Source of the DNA: Candidatus Woykebacteria bacterium
GTDB taxonomy: Bacteria > Patescibacteriota > Microgenomatia > Woykebacterales > RBG-16-39-9b
Direction of reading: 5' to 3'
NCBI GenBank assembly: GCA_040876345.1
Contig: JBBDPM010000006.1
Span: 264,547 to 328,546, forward strand
DNA length: 64,000 nt
Made by a program: the position numbers and the translations under genes. Positions 50,745 to 59,906 of the stretch are shown in pieces; the stretch's first letter is position 1; each line of letters begins with the position of its first letter. The notes under the pieces were generated by a model. The model had not been told where the DNA came from and ran no database searches. It worked only from the letters and a program-made list of their open reading frames with translations.

Positions 50745-51968
50745 TCAGGGCACCGACGTTGGGACCGGTGGCCTTGGCATCTGAGTCGCCGTCGGTGCAG
50801 GTGTATCGCTGGGTTCCGGCGTAAACGTCGGGGCCACTGACGTACCTCCACCTGGGTTGTCCTGGATAGGCGCAGGTGGGCAGCATGGTGGCGGTGATGT
50901 TGGGCGTGCATCTCCCGTTTGGGTCGGCGTTGGACCAGGCGGCCTTGGCGTATTCGTGGCCGTCGGCTTCGGTGTTGGTGACGGTGCCTCCTTACTCACC
51001 TGCTGGTTCTTGAACCGTGCAGGGATTGATTGGTCCGTCTCAACCCTGATGGTGACTTTGCCCGGCGTAACAGGCTCCCAACCAGTTTGATTGACCTCAC
51101 GAACTGTATACGTTCCAGGCTCGACATCGTCGAACCGGACCATACCCGATCCGTCGGTCACTCCTTCCAGGTGCTGAGGGCCATCCGCGATGATGCGGAA
51201 GCCCGGCACGGGAAGGTCACGGCCGAGAAGGTTATTACCATCGTCGGTCTTGACGACAGTAATCCTGCCCTTGCCAAGCGCAGGTGGCCTCTCCGGCGAT
51301 ATCTTGTTGCCGCACTCTTTGCGGAGATGCGTTTCAGCTCCGTCCTCAGTCAAGATCGTGAGGACTTTGTCGTCGGCGTTTTTGACATCTGTCTTCAAGC
51401 CGACCTGGTCACCACCGCTCACGAAAGTGTTGGCGATTATGACCTGTCCGTTCTCGACGTTGATGTCGAGGCGGTTGGCCAACTCGCCAATCGTCTCGTC
51501 CTTGAACTTGCTCACCCGGAGGATACCGTCGAGCATCGCGAACGCCTCTTTGCGCTTGTCCACGCATCGAAGCTCTTCGGGTGTTGGGATCTCATCGTAC
51601 ACTTGCGCTTCCGCAAGCACAAGCGGAACCCCTTCCACCTTGTGACGAGACTCCGCCAATAATTGGAGGAGCAGGGTGTGCAAAACGACAGGGTCGTGCT
51701 TAGCAGCAGCGCGGAGGTCGTCCACGCTCTTGAACCCGTCGTTCAGCACCCGGCCGCCATCGCCGTGGAGATCCTGAAGCTCCCATTCCCCTTCGCCCGT
51801 AGCGCAATCGAAGGTGGGGGTTGGCGTTCCATCCTTTGGCGTCGGTGTCGTTGTCGTTTGGGCGTCGGTGTCGCCCATGTTCATGCCCATGAAGATCAAG
51901 ACGACCAACAGAGCGACCATGGCAGTGACGACAGTAGCTACCGCTGTCCTCCATTGCCTTCGGTTCAT
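50745..51968 (-). CDS. GC-rich membrane-anchored protein with a SpaA/prealbumin-like domain and Pro/Thr-rich tail
   Basis: GGAGGTG SD; N-terminal TM; TDGSG...F.DVEPGTYTVREV.Q.GW; PTPT repeats. Confidence 0.8.
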   Translation of the reverse strand: MNRRQWRTAVATVVTAMVALLVVLIFMGMNMGDTDAQTTTTPTPKDGTPTPTFDCATGEGEWELQDLHGDGGRVLNDGFKSVDDLRAAAKHDPVVLHTLLLQLLAESRHKVEGVPLVLAEAQVYDEIPTPEELRCVDKRKEAFAMLDGILRVSKFKDETIGELANRLDINVENGQVIIANTFVSGGDQVGLKTDVKNADDKVLTILTEDGAETHLRKECGNKISPERPPALGKGRITVVKTDDGNNLLGRDLPVPGFRIIADGPQHLEGVTDGSGMVRFDDVEPGTYTVREVNQTGWEPVTPGKVTIRVETDQSIPARFKNQQVSKEAPSPTPKPTATNTPRPPGPTPTQTGDARPTSPPPCCPPAPIQDNPGGGTSVAPTFTPEPSDTPAPTATQMPRPPVPTSVP

Positions 51969-52366
51969 GACCCACCTCCTGTGGTCTGTTGCGGCGGCGG
52001 CTGAGGAGCCGGCGCAGTAACGTTGACGTTCACGTCAATGACCATGTGGTGCTGACCGCCTTGCTGTGCCGTTTGGGGCGGCGGCTGAGGAGCCGGCGCT
52101 GGCTGAGCCTTCCTCCCACCACCGTTCCGGTTGATCACATTCATGGCGTAGTTCGCCGCCACAGCGAAGGCTTTGAGATGATCCTGCGGTGCGGCTTTGC
52201 GCCGACTGGCATTGTCAGCCAAGTCGAGAATACCGACCGCAGTCTCCATCTCGTCGATGGGGTTCGGCTGCTCCTCACGCGGTCGCCACATGATCAGGAG
52301 CAACAGCAGGAAGAAGAACAGCCCCATCCCTGCTGCCGCCAAGACAAACCATCCAATGTTATCCAT
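51965..52366 (-). CDS. GC-rich small membrane protein with Pro/Gln repeats
   Basis: GGAGGTG SD; N-terminal TM; APAPQPPP twice; ATGA overlap with the next gene. Confidence 0.7.
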   Translation of the reverse strand: MDNIGWFVLAAAGMGLFFFLLLLLIMWRPREEQPNPIDEMETAVGILDLADNASRRKAAPQDHLKAFAVAANYAMNVINRNGGGRKAQPAPAPQPPPQTAQQGGQHHMVIDVNVNVTAPAPQPPPQQTTGGGS

Positions 52367-52939
52367 GGTTCACCTCCCATTGGGATGAAAAGACCACGTA
52401 TGTGGTCTGCTTGCCGATGTTGTGAAACGCCCTTTTGGGCGGAACTAAGTTTGTCACCACCTTGTGCCCAACGAACTAACCAGATCACTAAAATACTGAG
52501 ACAAGAAATCTAATAAATGTTTGCCATTTCTTTCTCAAAAAATTCAACTAATCTGATCAGATTGTTGGGCACAATCAATTATTTAGGCAAAATTTCAAGG
52601 TGCAAAAATTTGCCAGGGCAGCATAACACAGTTCTGCCCATTTGTCAAACTATGGGGCTTTCTTGAGGCTAAAAAATCGCTTACAATGGATATTTTGTAT
52701 AGAGGTCGGGTACTATCTTACTAAATGTACAACTAAGTTGTTCAAAACCAATAATGGCCGCTCCTCAGCGCCCAGTATGAGTGTTACCCCAAACCGGACG
52801 CCAGGGACCGACCATTACGAAATTACGAAGCTAAAATTTATAGTGTACAAGGTGCTACTTATTATATTGCTTTAGTCACCTTTTGTATAAACGCTGTTTC
52901 AGGCTTGACTTTTATTTTCAGGAGCCTTTTAATATATAC

Positions 52940-53031
52940 AAAGAGTGCACCTGCTGTCCAGATGTACTTCCCGAAGCACTGCCATTGGTGTCTAAAGAAA
53001 TCCTTCCGACCATGGTGGTGCTTCGTTTTTT
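52940..53031 (+). ncRNA. candidate small RNA
   Basis: TTGACT-17-TTTAAT promoter (52905-52933), two hairpins, then a T6 tract. Confidence 0.4.
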
Positions 53032-53495
53032 AACACCCTTTTTCGTTGTCAAAGTCCTTCCGAAAAAATTCTCAGATAATTGATTTCTCTGATTACCTGA
53101 CTAACCCTAATGTTAGTCGCTTTTCCAACTAATATATCATTCCAAAAAAATCTCATTAACTCTTCCCTCATCACTAATAACTAGCTTGATGATTCCTCCC
53201 CGACTTTACGTCGGGGGATCGCCACAATCCCTGCCCATTGTTCTTGTGGCTTGGGAAGCAATGCTTCCCTTTTAGAGGGCCTACCTCTAATAGCTAATTG
53301 ATAAGGAGCTTTAATTAAGATACTTTATCATCCTAATTAACACTCTAAGGTGTATTCTGCCACATTATTATTAGGTTGTCAAGTTTTGTAACCCCATAGA
53401 AAAAAATAGTCTAAATTTTTGTGTGCCCCATAGTTAAAATAGGTTCGATAAAAGGGTTTTTTAGCGATGTGAAAAACTTTTAAGGGTCGCGATTG

Positions 53496-54419
53496 TTAGA
53501 CAACTGGGGGTTCTAGTCGCTTAGCAAATATCATCCTGCCAGCGGCTGTCTGAAGGGCTCGAGAAACTACCACGTCTACTGTTTCTCCTATTAAATTTCC
53601 GGCATTTTCAACTACAATCATCGTCCCGTCTGGAAGATAGGCTACACCTTGATTTTTCTCTTTACCCTCTTGGACTAGCTTCACGCTTATATCTTCACCC
53701 GGAATGAGCGGGGTTTTAACAAAATTGGAGAGATCATTGACATTTAAAGTTTTAACTCCCGAGACAGAAGCCACTTTATTGAGATTAAAATCGGTGGTGA
53801 TTAGTTTCGCCCGCCAACCCTTTGCTAGCTTGAGAAGCTTCTCATCGATACCTTTTAGACCACTCTGGCCTGTTTCGTAAACCACTATTTTAATACTATT
53901 TATCTTCTTAAGTGCCTCTAATATTTCAAATCCCCGTCTACCCCTTGCCCGCTTTAGTTCATTACTAGAATCGGCAATATTTTGAAGCTCCAAAAGAATA
54001 AAATTTGGTACGATGATTGTGCCGAATAGGAAATGGCTTTCAGCTACACCCAAAATACGACCGTCAATTAAAGCGCTAGTGTCAACTACCATTGGGTTAA
54101 CCCACTTAGAAGTCTCTCTATTTCTGCCTCTTCTCACTGGATTTGAAATGCGAGGCATCTGAGGCATTTGCGGGATTCGAAGCTGCGAAATAACTTCTTT
54201 GGCTACTCTTTGGGCAAAGGCACCGCTCCAGTACCCAACCCAGCGGGTAACAAGCGGGAAAACGTAAATACCCGCACCCAAACCTAAAGCTACGCTAATT
54301 ACCCTTACGCCCAGACGCACTCCAGCCTCGGGTGGATTAAGAAAAAGAGTCGAGAGGTAAAAACCGGCTGCTCCAAAAGCAATTCCAATTGCAAGCCTAA
54401 TTAAGGCTCTGACATTCAT
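53496..54419 (-). CDS. PIN/TRAM-domain membrane protein (YacL-like)
   Basis: VDTSALIDGR, RGRRG, TTDFNL.KVA, GKE..QGVAYLPDGTMIVVE; downstream of radA. Confidence 0.92.
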   Translation of the reverse strand: MNVRALIRLAIGIAFGAAGFYLSTLFLNPPEAGVRLGVRVISVALGLGAGIYVFPLVTRWVGYWSGAFAQRVAKEVISQLRIPQMPQMPRISNPVRRGRNRETSKWVNPMVVDTSALIDGRILGVAESHFLFGTIIVPNFILLELQNIADSSNELKRARGRRGFEILEALKKINSIKIVVYETGQSGLKGIDEKLLKLAKGWRAKLITTDFNLNKVASVSGVKTLNVNDLSNFVKTPLIPGEDISVKLVQEGKEKNQGVAYLPDGTMIVVENAGNLIGETVDVVVSRALQTAAGRMIFAKRLEPPVV

Positions 54420-54526
54420 TAAAGATAAGTCCCTTCCGCTTGCCCGGTGATAAATCCAACTTTGAAAGATAAGGCAAGTCGAGAATGCATTATAACATAT
54501 ATTTTAAATACCGAACAAAAATGGTT

Positions 54527-55837
54527 TTATTTCCCCAGTCCCAATCCTTCTCTCACCGCTTCTCTAAGGGTTCTTACGTTTTTCGGCGTAATAAATTTCT
54601 TAAAACCCAAGCGTTTTGCCTCATCTAGCCTTTTATTAATATAAGGAACTTCACGCACCTCTCCAAGAAGGCCAACCTCACCAACAACCACAGTGTCTTT
54701 TGGCACAACCTTATCGTAAGCGGATGATGCGATTGCAAGGCAAATTGCTAGGTCGGCGGCCGGCTCAGCTACTTTCAGGCCACCGGCAACATTTATAAAA
54801 ATATCTTGGTTTCCGACTGATAAGCCCGCCCTTTTGATTAAAGTAGCAGATAGTAGTGAGAGTCTATTTTGATCAATTCCACTTGCCCGACGAACCGGAA
54901 GACCAAAAGTAGTCGGGTTTGTAAGAGCCTGAATTTCGGTCAGCACGCTTCTTGACCCTTCAAGAATTGGAACGACAACTGATCCTGGAGCCGAGATTCT
55001 ACCTGATAAAAACTCTTTCGAGGGGTTTTTTACTTCCTCCATTCCTTTTTCGGTCATTTCAAAAACGCCAATTTCATCCACCGGCCCGAACCGATTTTTG
55101 GAAGCAGATAAAATCCTGAATAAATGGTGCTGTTCACCTTCCAGGAAAAGCACTGTATCAACTAGATGCTCAAGTACCTTTGGCCCGGCCACTGAGCCTT
55201 CTTTCGTAACATGACCGATCAAAAAGACTGCCACCCCTTTTTCCTTAGCAAGCCGGTGGAGACGATAGGCGGATTCGCGAACTTGAGAGACGGAGCCAGC
55301 TGCTGAATTTAAATCTTCAGTCACTAAAGTTTGGATTGAATCGGCGACTACGACTTTATAGCCGTCTTGGGAAATTGAGGCGATGGCCACATCAACATCT
55401 GTTTCCGGAACAATAAAAAGATCTTTTGAACGCTCTCCAAGACGGTCAAAACGAAGTTTTACTTGCTCAACCGATTCTTCGGCGGAAATGTATAAAGACT
55501 TGAAACGGGCGGCAAGCTGAAGAAGCAGCGTTGATTTACCAATTCCTGGGTCTCCGGAGAGTAAAATTACACTGCCCGGAACTATCCCTCCCCCAAGTAC
55601 CCTATCAAGCTCCAAAATCCCACTCTTAAGCCTCTGTAATGGCTTTCTTGAGGCTTCCGACAACCTCTGCGGGCTAGATACTTCTTTTTTGCCACCTGTA
55701 CTACGCGCCCTACTCCCCACCAACTCTATTGTTTCTACCAAGCTACCCCAAGCCTCACAATTCGGACATTTACCTAAGTACTGAGGAGACTGGTACCCAC
55801 ATTGTTGGCAAATGTATTTTGTTTCACTCTTACCCAT
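54527..55837 (-). CDS. radA: DNA repair protein RadA/Sms
   Basis: C4 zinc finger, GDPGIGKST, KNRFG, GEVGL.GE. Confidence 0.97.
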   Translation of the reverse strand: MGKSETKYICQQCGYQSPQYLGKCPNCEAWGSLVETIELVGSRARSTGGKKEVSSPQRLSEASRKPLQRLKSGILELDRVLGGGIVPGSVILLSGDPGIGKSTLLLQLAARFKSLYISAEESVEQVKLRFDRLGERSKDLFIVPETDVDVAIASISQDGYKVVVADSIQTLVTEDLNSAAGSVSQVRESAYRLHRLAKEKGVAVFLIGHVTKEGSVAGPKVLEHLVDTVLFLEGEQHHLFRILSASKNRFGPVDEIGVFEMTEKGMEEVKNPSKEFLSGRISAPGSVVVPILEGSRSVLTEIQALTNPTTFGLPVRRASGIDQNRLSLLSATLIKRAGLSVGNQDIFINVAGGLKVAEPAADLAICLAIASSAYDKVVPKDTVVVGEVGLLGEVREVPYINKRLDEAKRLGFKKFITPKNVRTLREAVREGLGLGK

Positions 55838-56082
55838 AGCTCGCGTATTCTAGCAGTTACAAGTAATAAGAGACAAGTTGTGAAAAATTCAAGATTATAA
55901 TTTAAATTTTTAAAAGAAAAACGACCCATTTCCGAGTCGTTCTTCCTCCTAAGAAAACCAACATTATCTGACTTCCTTAGGAATTGGAGGTTTTTATGTA
56001 ACCACTCATTATCTAAGTCAAGGGAAACCTCCACTGGTAACCTTGACTTACCTCTCCCATCGCAGGACAGGATTTTGGGGGT

Positions 56083-56568
56083 CTAAAAGTCGTAATCTAC
56101 GCTGCGGATTTCCAAGTCAGGCGGGTAGTGATAGCCTGTGTACTGGTACGACAATCGACCATCTGGCTCGACACAAACCAGCACATTAAGCAACTTGAAA
56201 GTCTTTTCGTCTTCGATCGAAATCCGACCTATACCTTCAGGGCTCTTCTCTGCTATTTCCCGAGCCCACGGAAGGTGCCTCGACAAGTACTCCTCAATTA
56301 AGAGAAGCGTTTCTTCACTCGCCGGTTCAATAGGCAAGGATTCCGAGTCGATTAGAGCATGACCAAGTTCTCTGAACCTTAACTCTCGGTCATACTCCAT
56401 CCTCCTTTCAGGATCGCTCAGAACTTTGTACGCCTCCTGGACTTTTTTGAAGTTCTCGGCATCTCCACCTAAATCTGGGTGAACTTTTTTGGCCTCCCTT
56501 CTATAGGCAGATCTTACCTGTGACGCGTCAGCGTCGCGAGGAATCCCTAACCTTTTATAATGGTCCAC
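56083..56568 (-). CDS. J-domain protein
   Basis: DHY..LG......I/V..AYR..AK..HPD.GG....F..V.EAY.VLSD...R..YD; AGGAG SD, GTG start. Confidence 0.88.
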   Translation of the reverse strand: MDHYKRLGIPRDADASQVRSAYRREAKKVHPDLGGDAENFKKVQEAYKVLSDPERRMEYDRELRFRELGHALIDSESLPIEPASEETLLLIEEYLSRHLPWAREIAEKSPEGIGRISIEDEKTFKLLNVLVCVEPDGRLSYQYTGYHYPPDLEIRSVDYDF

Positions 56569-56744
56569 TATCCTCTCCTTGTCCCGCGGCCCTTATGTCC
56601 ACTGCAGACTAGAAAAGTCTAACATAAAACCCAGATTATTTCAACTATAGGGTTAAAACTTTCGACCAGCAAAAACTGTTTGACAACCTTTAAAAAACCT
56701 GTCTATAATAACTAGCAAACGGCTGCCCACGATAAACCAAAATA

Positions 56745-57947
56745 ATGGCAAGGGCACAAAGACAGCAACCATCAAAATCTCCTGCGCAATCAACTCCCGC
56801 TAATCAACTCACCATAACGGTAATCAAAGCCGATTGTGGCTCTTTGGGTGGTCACACAAAACCTTCTTCCGGAATGCTGAGGCTCGTTAAAGATTACATC
56901 GCCATTAGACCGTGGATGATTGATTACAAAGTAACACATACTGGTGATGACATCGCCATTATCACTACCCATAAAGAGGGGGTGAGCTCCGCCACTGTTC
57001 ACAAAGATTGCCGCACTGCCTTTGAAATTGCGGCTGATAAGGCCGCGAAAGAAGGTCTTTATGGGGCTGGTCAAGACCTTTTCCCTACTTCCCCAAGCGG
57101 AAATGTCCGAGGCACAGGCCCAGGAGTAGCCGAAATTTCGTTTGAACTTTTGCCAAATCATAGACCAGCCGAGTCCATCGCTATTTTTGCGGCTGATAAA
57201 TGTGGCCCTGGAGCCTACAATCAGGCCCTTTACCAATCGTTTGCCGACCCTTCCCGAAGCTCTGGATTTTTGCTCAGTCCAGACGTTGGTAAAGGCTACA
57301 CCTTTGTAATCGAAGACATGGATCATAAGGTACGGGCTGGTGGCGCCCCAACCCACCGCCAAGTCCGTCTGAACGCGCCGGAAGAAAACACGGCAATTTT
57401 GGCGCTTCTTCGCAATATCGACCGCTATGGAATCGCCACGATCGTTAGTCGAGCATACCCTGCCGAAATAGCCGTCGCCGCCAGTACAGACCGGCTTCAC
57501 AATATTACCGGTACTTATCAGGGTAAAGACGACCCAGTAATGATCGTACGTAATCAAAGAATCTTCCCTGCTTTGGAAGAAGTTGTCGACCCCTTTAGAC
57601 TAACCCCGTTGATAACAGGTGACGCAAGGGGCAGCCACACAATGCCTTTGATGCCCGCCCCGATAAACACTCCGGTTGCCGGCTCTTACTGTTTACCATT
57701 AGTAAGCTGCCTTGCCTTTTCAGTTAATGCTGAAGGTAAGTTAAGTGAGATGGTGGATGTTTTTGGCAACTTCGCTTGGGATCGCTACCGCGCTCTTGCG
57801 CAAGAGAGAGCTGATTGGATGAGGCAGCAAGCACCATTTGGCGTTGCCATGGCCTCTCAAGAAGAAATAGCCTACACCGGCCTTCAAAAACTCCAAGAAG
57901 CGCTTGATAAACGCTTCGAAATTGTCCCCGAAGTCACCCAAAAGTAA
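56745..57947 (+). CDS. fbp: bifunctional fructose-1,6-bisphosphate aldolase/phosphatase (class V FBPase)
   Basis: KAD.GS.GGH, GDDI, LYGAGQDL, GNVRG.GPGVAE, DK..PGA.N, Y.GKDDP, RGSH.MPL. Confidence 0.92.
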   Translation: MARAQRQQPSKSPAQSTPANQLTITVIKADCGSLGGHTKPSSGMLRLVKDYIAIRPWMIDYKVTHTGDDIAIITTHKEGVSSATVHKDCRTAFEIAADKAAKEGLYGAGQDLFPTSPSGNVRGTGPGVAEISFELLPNHRPAESIAIFAADKCGPGAYNQALYQSFADPSRSSGFLLSPDVGKGYTFVIEDMDHKVRAGGAPTHRQVRLNAPEENTAILALLRNIDRYGIATIVSRAYPAEIAVAASTDRLHNITGTYQGKDDPVMIVRNQRIFPALEEVVDPFRLTPLITGDARGSHTMPLMPAPINTPVAGSYCLPLVSCLAFSVNAEGKLSEMVDVFGNFAWDRYRALAQERADWMRQQAPFGVAMASQEEIAYTGLQKLQEALDKRFEIVPEVTQK

Positions 57948-58051
57948 TTTCTCTTTTTCTCAGTCTATTTTGACACGCGAAAAAACAGATGTATTATTGA
58001 TTTATAACGGTCGAAGGGATTCCCGATCACTTCGGGAGAAAGGAGTCTCAG

Positions 58052-58303
58052 ATGCGCGTACTACCGACAGTAGCGATTGACCTATCAACCGTCTCCGAGT
58101 GCGGGTCAGACCGAACGTTCCGGGGGACCTTGCTCGGCCACATTGACGGTCGACGGCGCGGCTCTCAGGTCGAAGGCACATTCAGCGGCCGAGAGCTGCT
58201 CCTAGAGGTACGCAGTTTGCGCAGGCGTAAACCAAGGCGAGGTATCATTGGTGTCTTCAACCCCGAAACCGGCTGCCTAGTCACCGTCGAACCTGAGAAC
58301 TGA
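58052..58303 (+). CDS. GC-rich small hypothetical protein
   Basis: AAGGAG SD; TTGACA promoter at about 57970. Confidence 0.55.
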   Translation: MRVLPTVAIDLSTVSECGSDRTFRGTLLGHIDGRRRGSQVEGTFSGRELLLEVRSLRRRKPRRGIIGVFNPETGCLVTVEPEN

Positions 58304-58361
58304 TAAGATCGTACCAACGCGGCGCACAAGAACCAATTCACAGAAGAAGGAAGGTGACAAC

Positions 58362-58634
58362 ATGATCCTAGTCGCAGCGAAGGTCACAAATGTAACCGTG
58401 AACTGGGACTTGGGCAAGGCCTTTGGCGATATCGTAGTCCTTCGAGGCGGCGTGTGTGTACGACGATGAGAACAGAACCTCGCAGTCTTCGACAGTTTCC
58501 GTAACGGCTGTAAAGCTGCCGAGGACATAAGTAGGGGTGAGCCTGTGGTAGCCTACTACGACGCGGTCACGGGCGTTATCACTCAGCTCCTCCCCGCGAA
58601 AAGCTGGACGGGAGAGCTCGAGGGGATCGACTGA
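58362..58634 (+). pseudogene. paralog of 58842-59114 interrupted by one in-frame TGA
   Basis: MILVAAKVT...VLRGGVCVRR*EQNLAVFD...E.VVAYYD...W..ELE; TGA 58467-58469 aligns with Gly in the paralog. Confidence 0.7.
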
Positions 58635-58695
58635 CCCGGAGTCACCTACTCAACAGCTGGCGGGCGTAGTATGAAAAATCAGCAAGGAGAGGAAA

Positions 58696-58740
58696 GGGCG
58701 CCTTGGGATACTTGCGAAAGCTTTTACCCCGAGGCGCTTT
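58696..58740. terminator. GC-rich hairpin, likely terminator
   Basis: GGGCGCCTTGGG...CCCGAGGCGCTTT. Confidence 0.5.
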
Positions 58741-58841
58741 GGCGTTTTTAGATACTTTTGACATATTTAAATTTCTTGATATACTACTCCCCTAGTTAAC
58801 GATAGGGCGCTATCAACCCACGGGATAAGGGAGGTGACAGA

Positions 58842-59114
58842 ATGAGCCTAGTTGGAGCGTTGGTGACTACTGCGACTGTTGGCGGTAGTGGTGGCTCTGC
58901 CACAATCACAGTCCTCAGAGATTGCGCACGGCATAAGAAGGGTGAGCAGACTGCAGCAGTCTTTGATAACCCAGGAGATGCCGAGAGAGCAACGAGACTC
59001 ATCCGTGAGAAGGAGAGGGTGGTCGCTCTATACGACGACACCAGAGGTGCGATCGAGTCTCTTAGCGATGCGGTCTGGGACGAGGAACTCGAACAGCTCG
59101 ACGACTCGCAATAA
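58842..59114 (+). CDS. GC-rich small hypothetical protein
   Basis: GGAGGTG SD; TTGACA-16-TATACT promoter upstream; paralog nearby. Confidence 0.7.
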   Translation: MSLVGALVTTATVGGSGGSATITVLRDCARHKKGEQTAAVFDNPGDAERATRLIREKERVVALYDDTRGAIESLSDAVWDEELEQLDDSQ

Positions 59115-59164
59115 CCTGCTCACGGCTGGCCTTACCTTTGCGCCCTGGGCAAGGTCAGCTACAC

Positions 59165-59896
59165 TCAAGCAGCTCTCGCGATTGTAAAGTAACTCACCTC
59201 ATCAAGACCAGGTGCAAACTCTAGTACTTCAAATCCATTTTCTTCCAACAACTTTTTAACATCTTCCTGAGAAAACCCTCTTACTAGGTGTTCCACATCA
59301 TAAAACCTAGCTTCTCCGTTATCGTAGGCCTTAAAAGAAAAGGCTAAATTGGTTATGGGTGGGTCATAACTAACAATTTTTGTTTTTATATGCCTAGCAA
59401 TCTCAATTCCGTCAATCTTAATTTTTTTTATCTCCGGGTAAAGCTCTCCTTGTAACATCTTATCGGCAAAAAAAGTATCAAAAATCAAAATACCCTGGGG
59501 CTTTAAAGAATCATGAAATTTTTCGAGTGCTTCTGAAATATCTTCATCGGTTAATAAATGGGGGAAGGCTCTACCCGCCAAAATCACGGCATCAAACTCT
59601 TCTGAAAGGTGAAAATCCCGCATATCTGCAAGGGTCTGAGGAATTTTTGGGAGAAGCTTGTGGGAGAGCTCAATCATTTCTTTCGAGCTGTCCAACATCT
59701 GCACATCGTATTTATTTTTTTGAGAAAGAATTTTTGTAAGACGGCCCGGGCCAGAGCCAACATGAAGAACCTTCTTGGCTCGATACTTTTTTAAATATTG
59801 ATCAATTAAACTGGCAACTTTAGGGTAGTTGAAATGCTTTTGGTAAAAAAGGTCGTAAATATTGGCGAGATCGGTATAGAGCTTTGATTGATCCAT
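59165..59896 (-). CDS. class I SAM-dependent methyltransferase
   Basis: VLHVGSGPG, DSS.EMI, ADMRDF...FDAV, LKP.GILIFD. Confidence 0.9.
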   Translation of the reverse strand: MDQSKLYTDLANIYDLFYQKHFNYPKVASLIDQYLKKYRAKKVLHVGSGPGRLTKILSQKNKYDVQMLDSSKEMIELSHKLLPKIPQTLADMRDFHLSEEFDAVILAGRAFPHLLTDEDISEALEKFHDSLKPQGILIFDTFFADKMLQGELYPEIKKIKIDGIEIARHIKTKIVSYDPPITNLAFSFKAYDNGEARFYDVEHLVRGFSQEDVKKLLEENGFEVLEFAPGLDEVSYFTIARAA

Positions 59897-59906
59897 TTAC
59901 AGTTTT

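Noticed and set aside
51030-52513. Plus-strand ORFs of 113-210 aa
   Set aside because: Antisense shadows of GC-rich genes that have clear SD sites and domains on the minus strand.
58467-58469. UGA-to-Gly recoding (genetic code 25)
   Set aside because: TGA ends many genes here (for example rho, atpA and the SDR) and long ORFs are not interrupted by it; one nonsense mutation is simpler.
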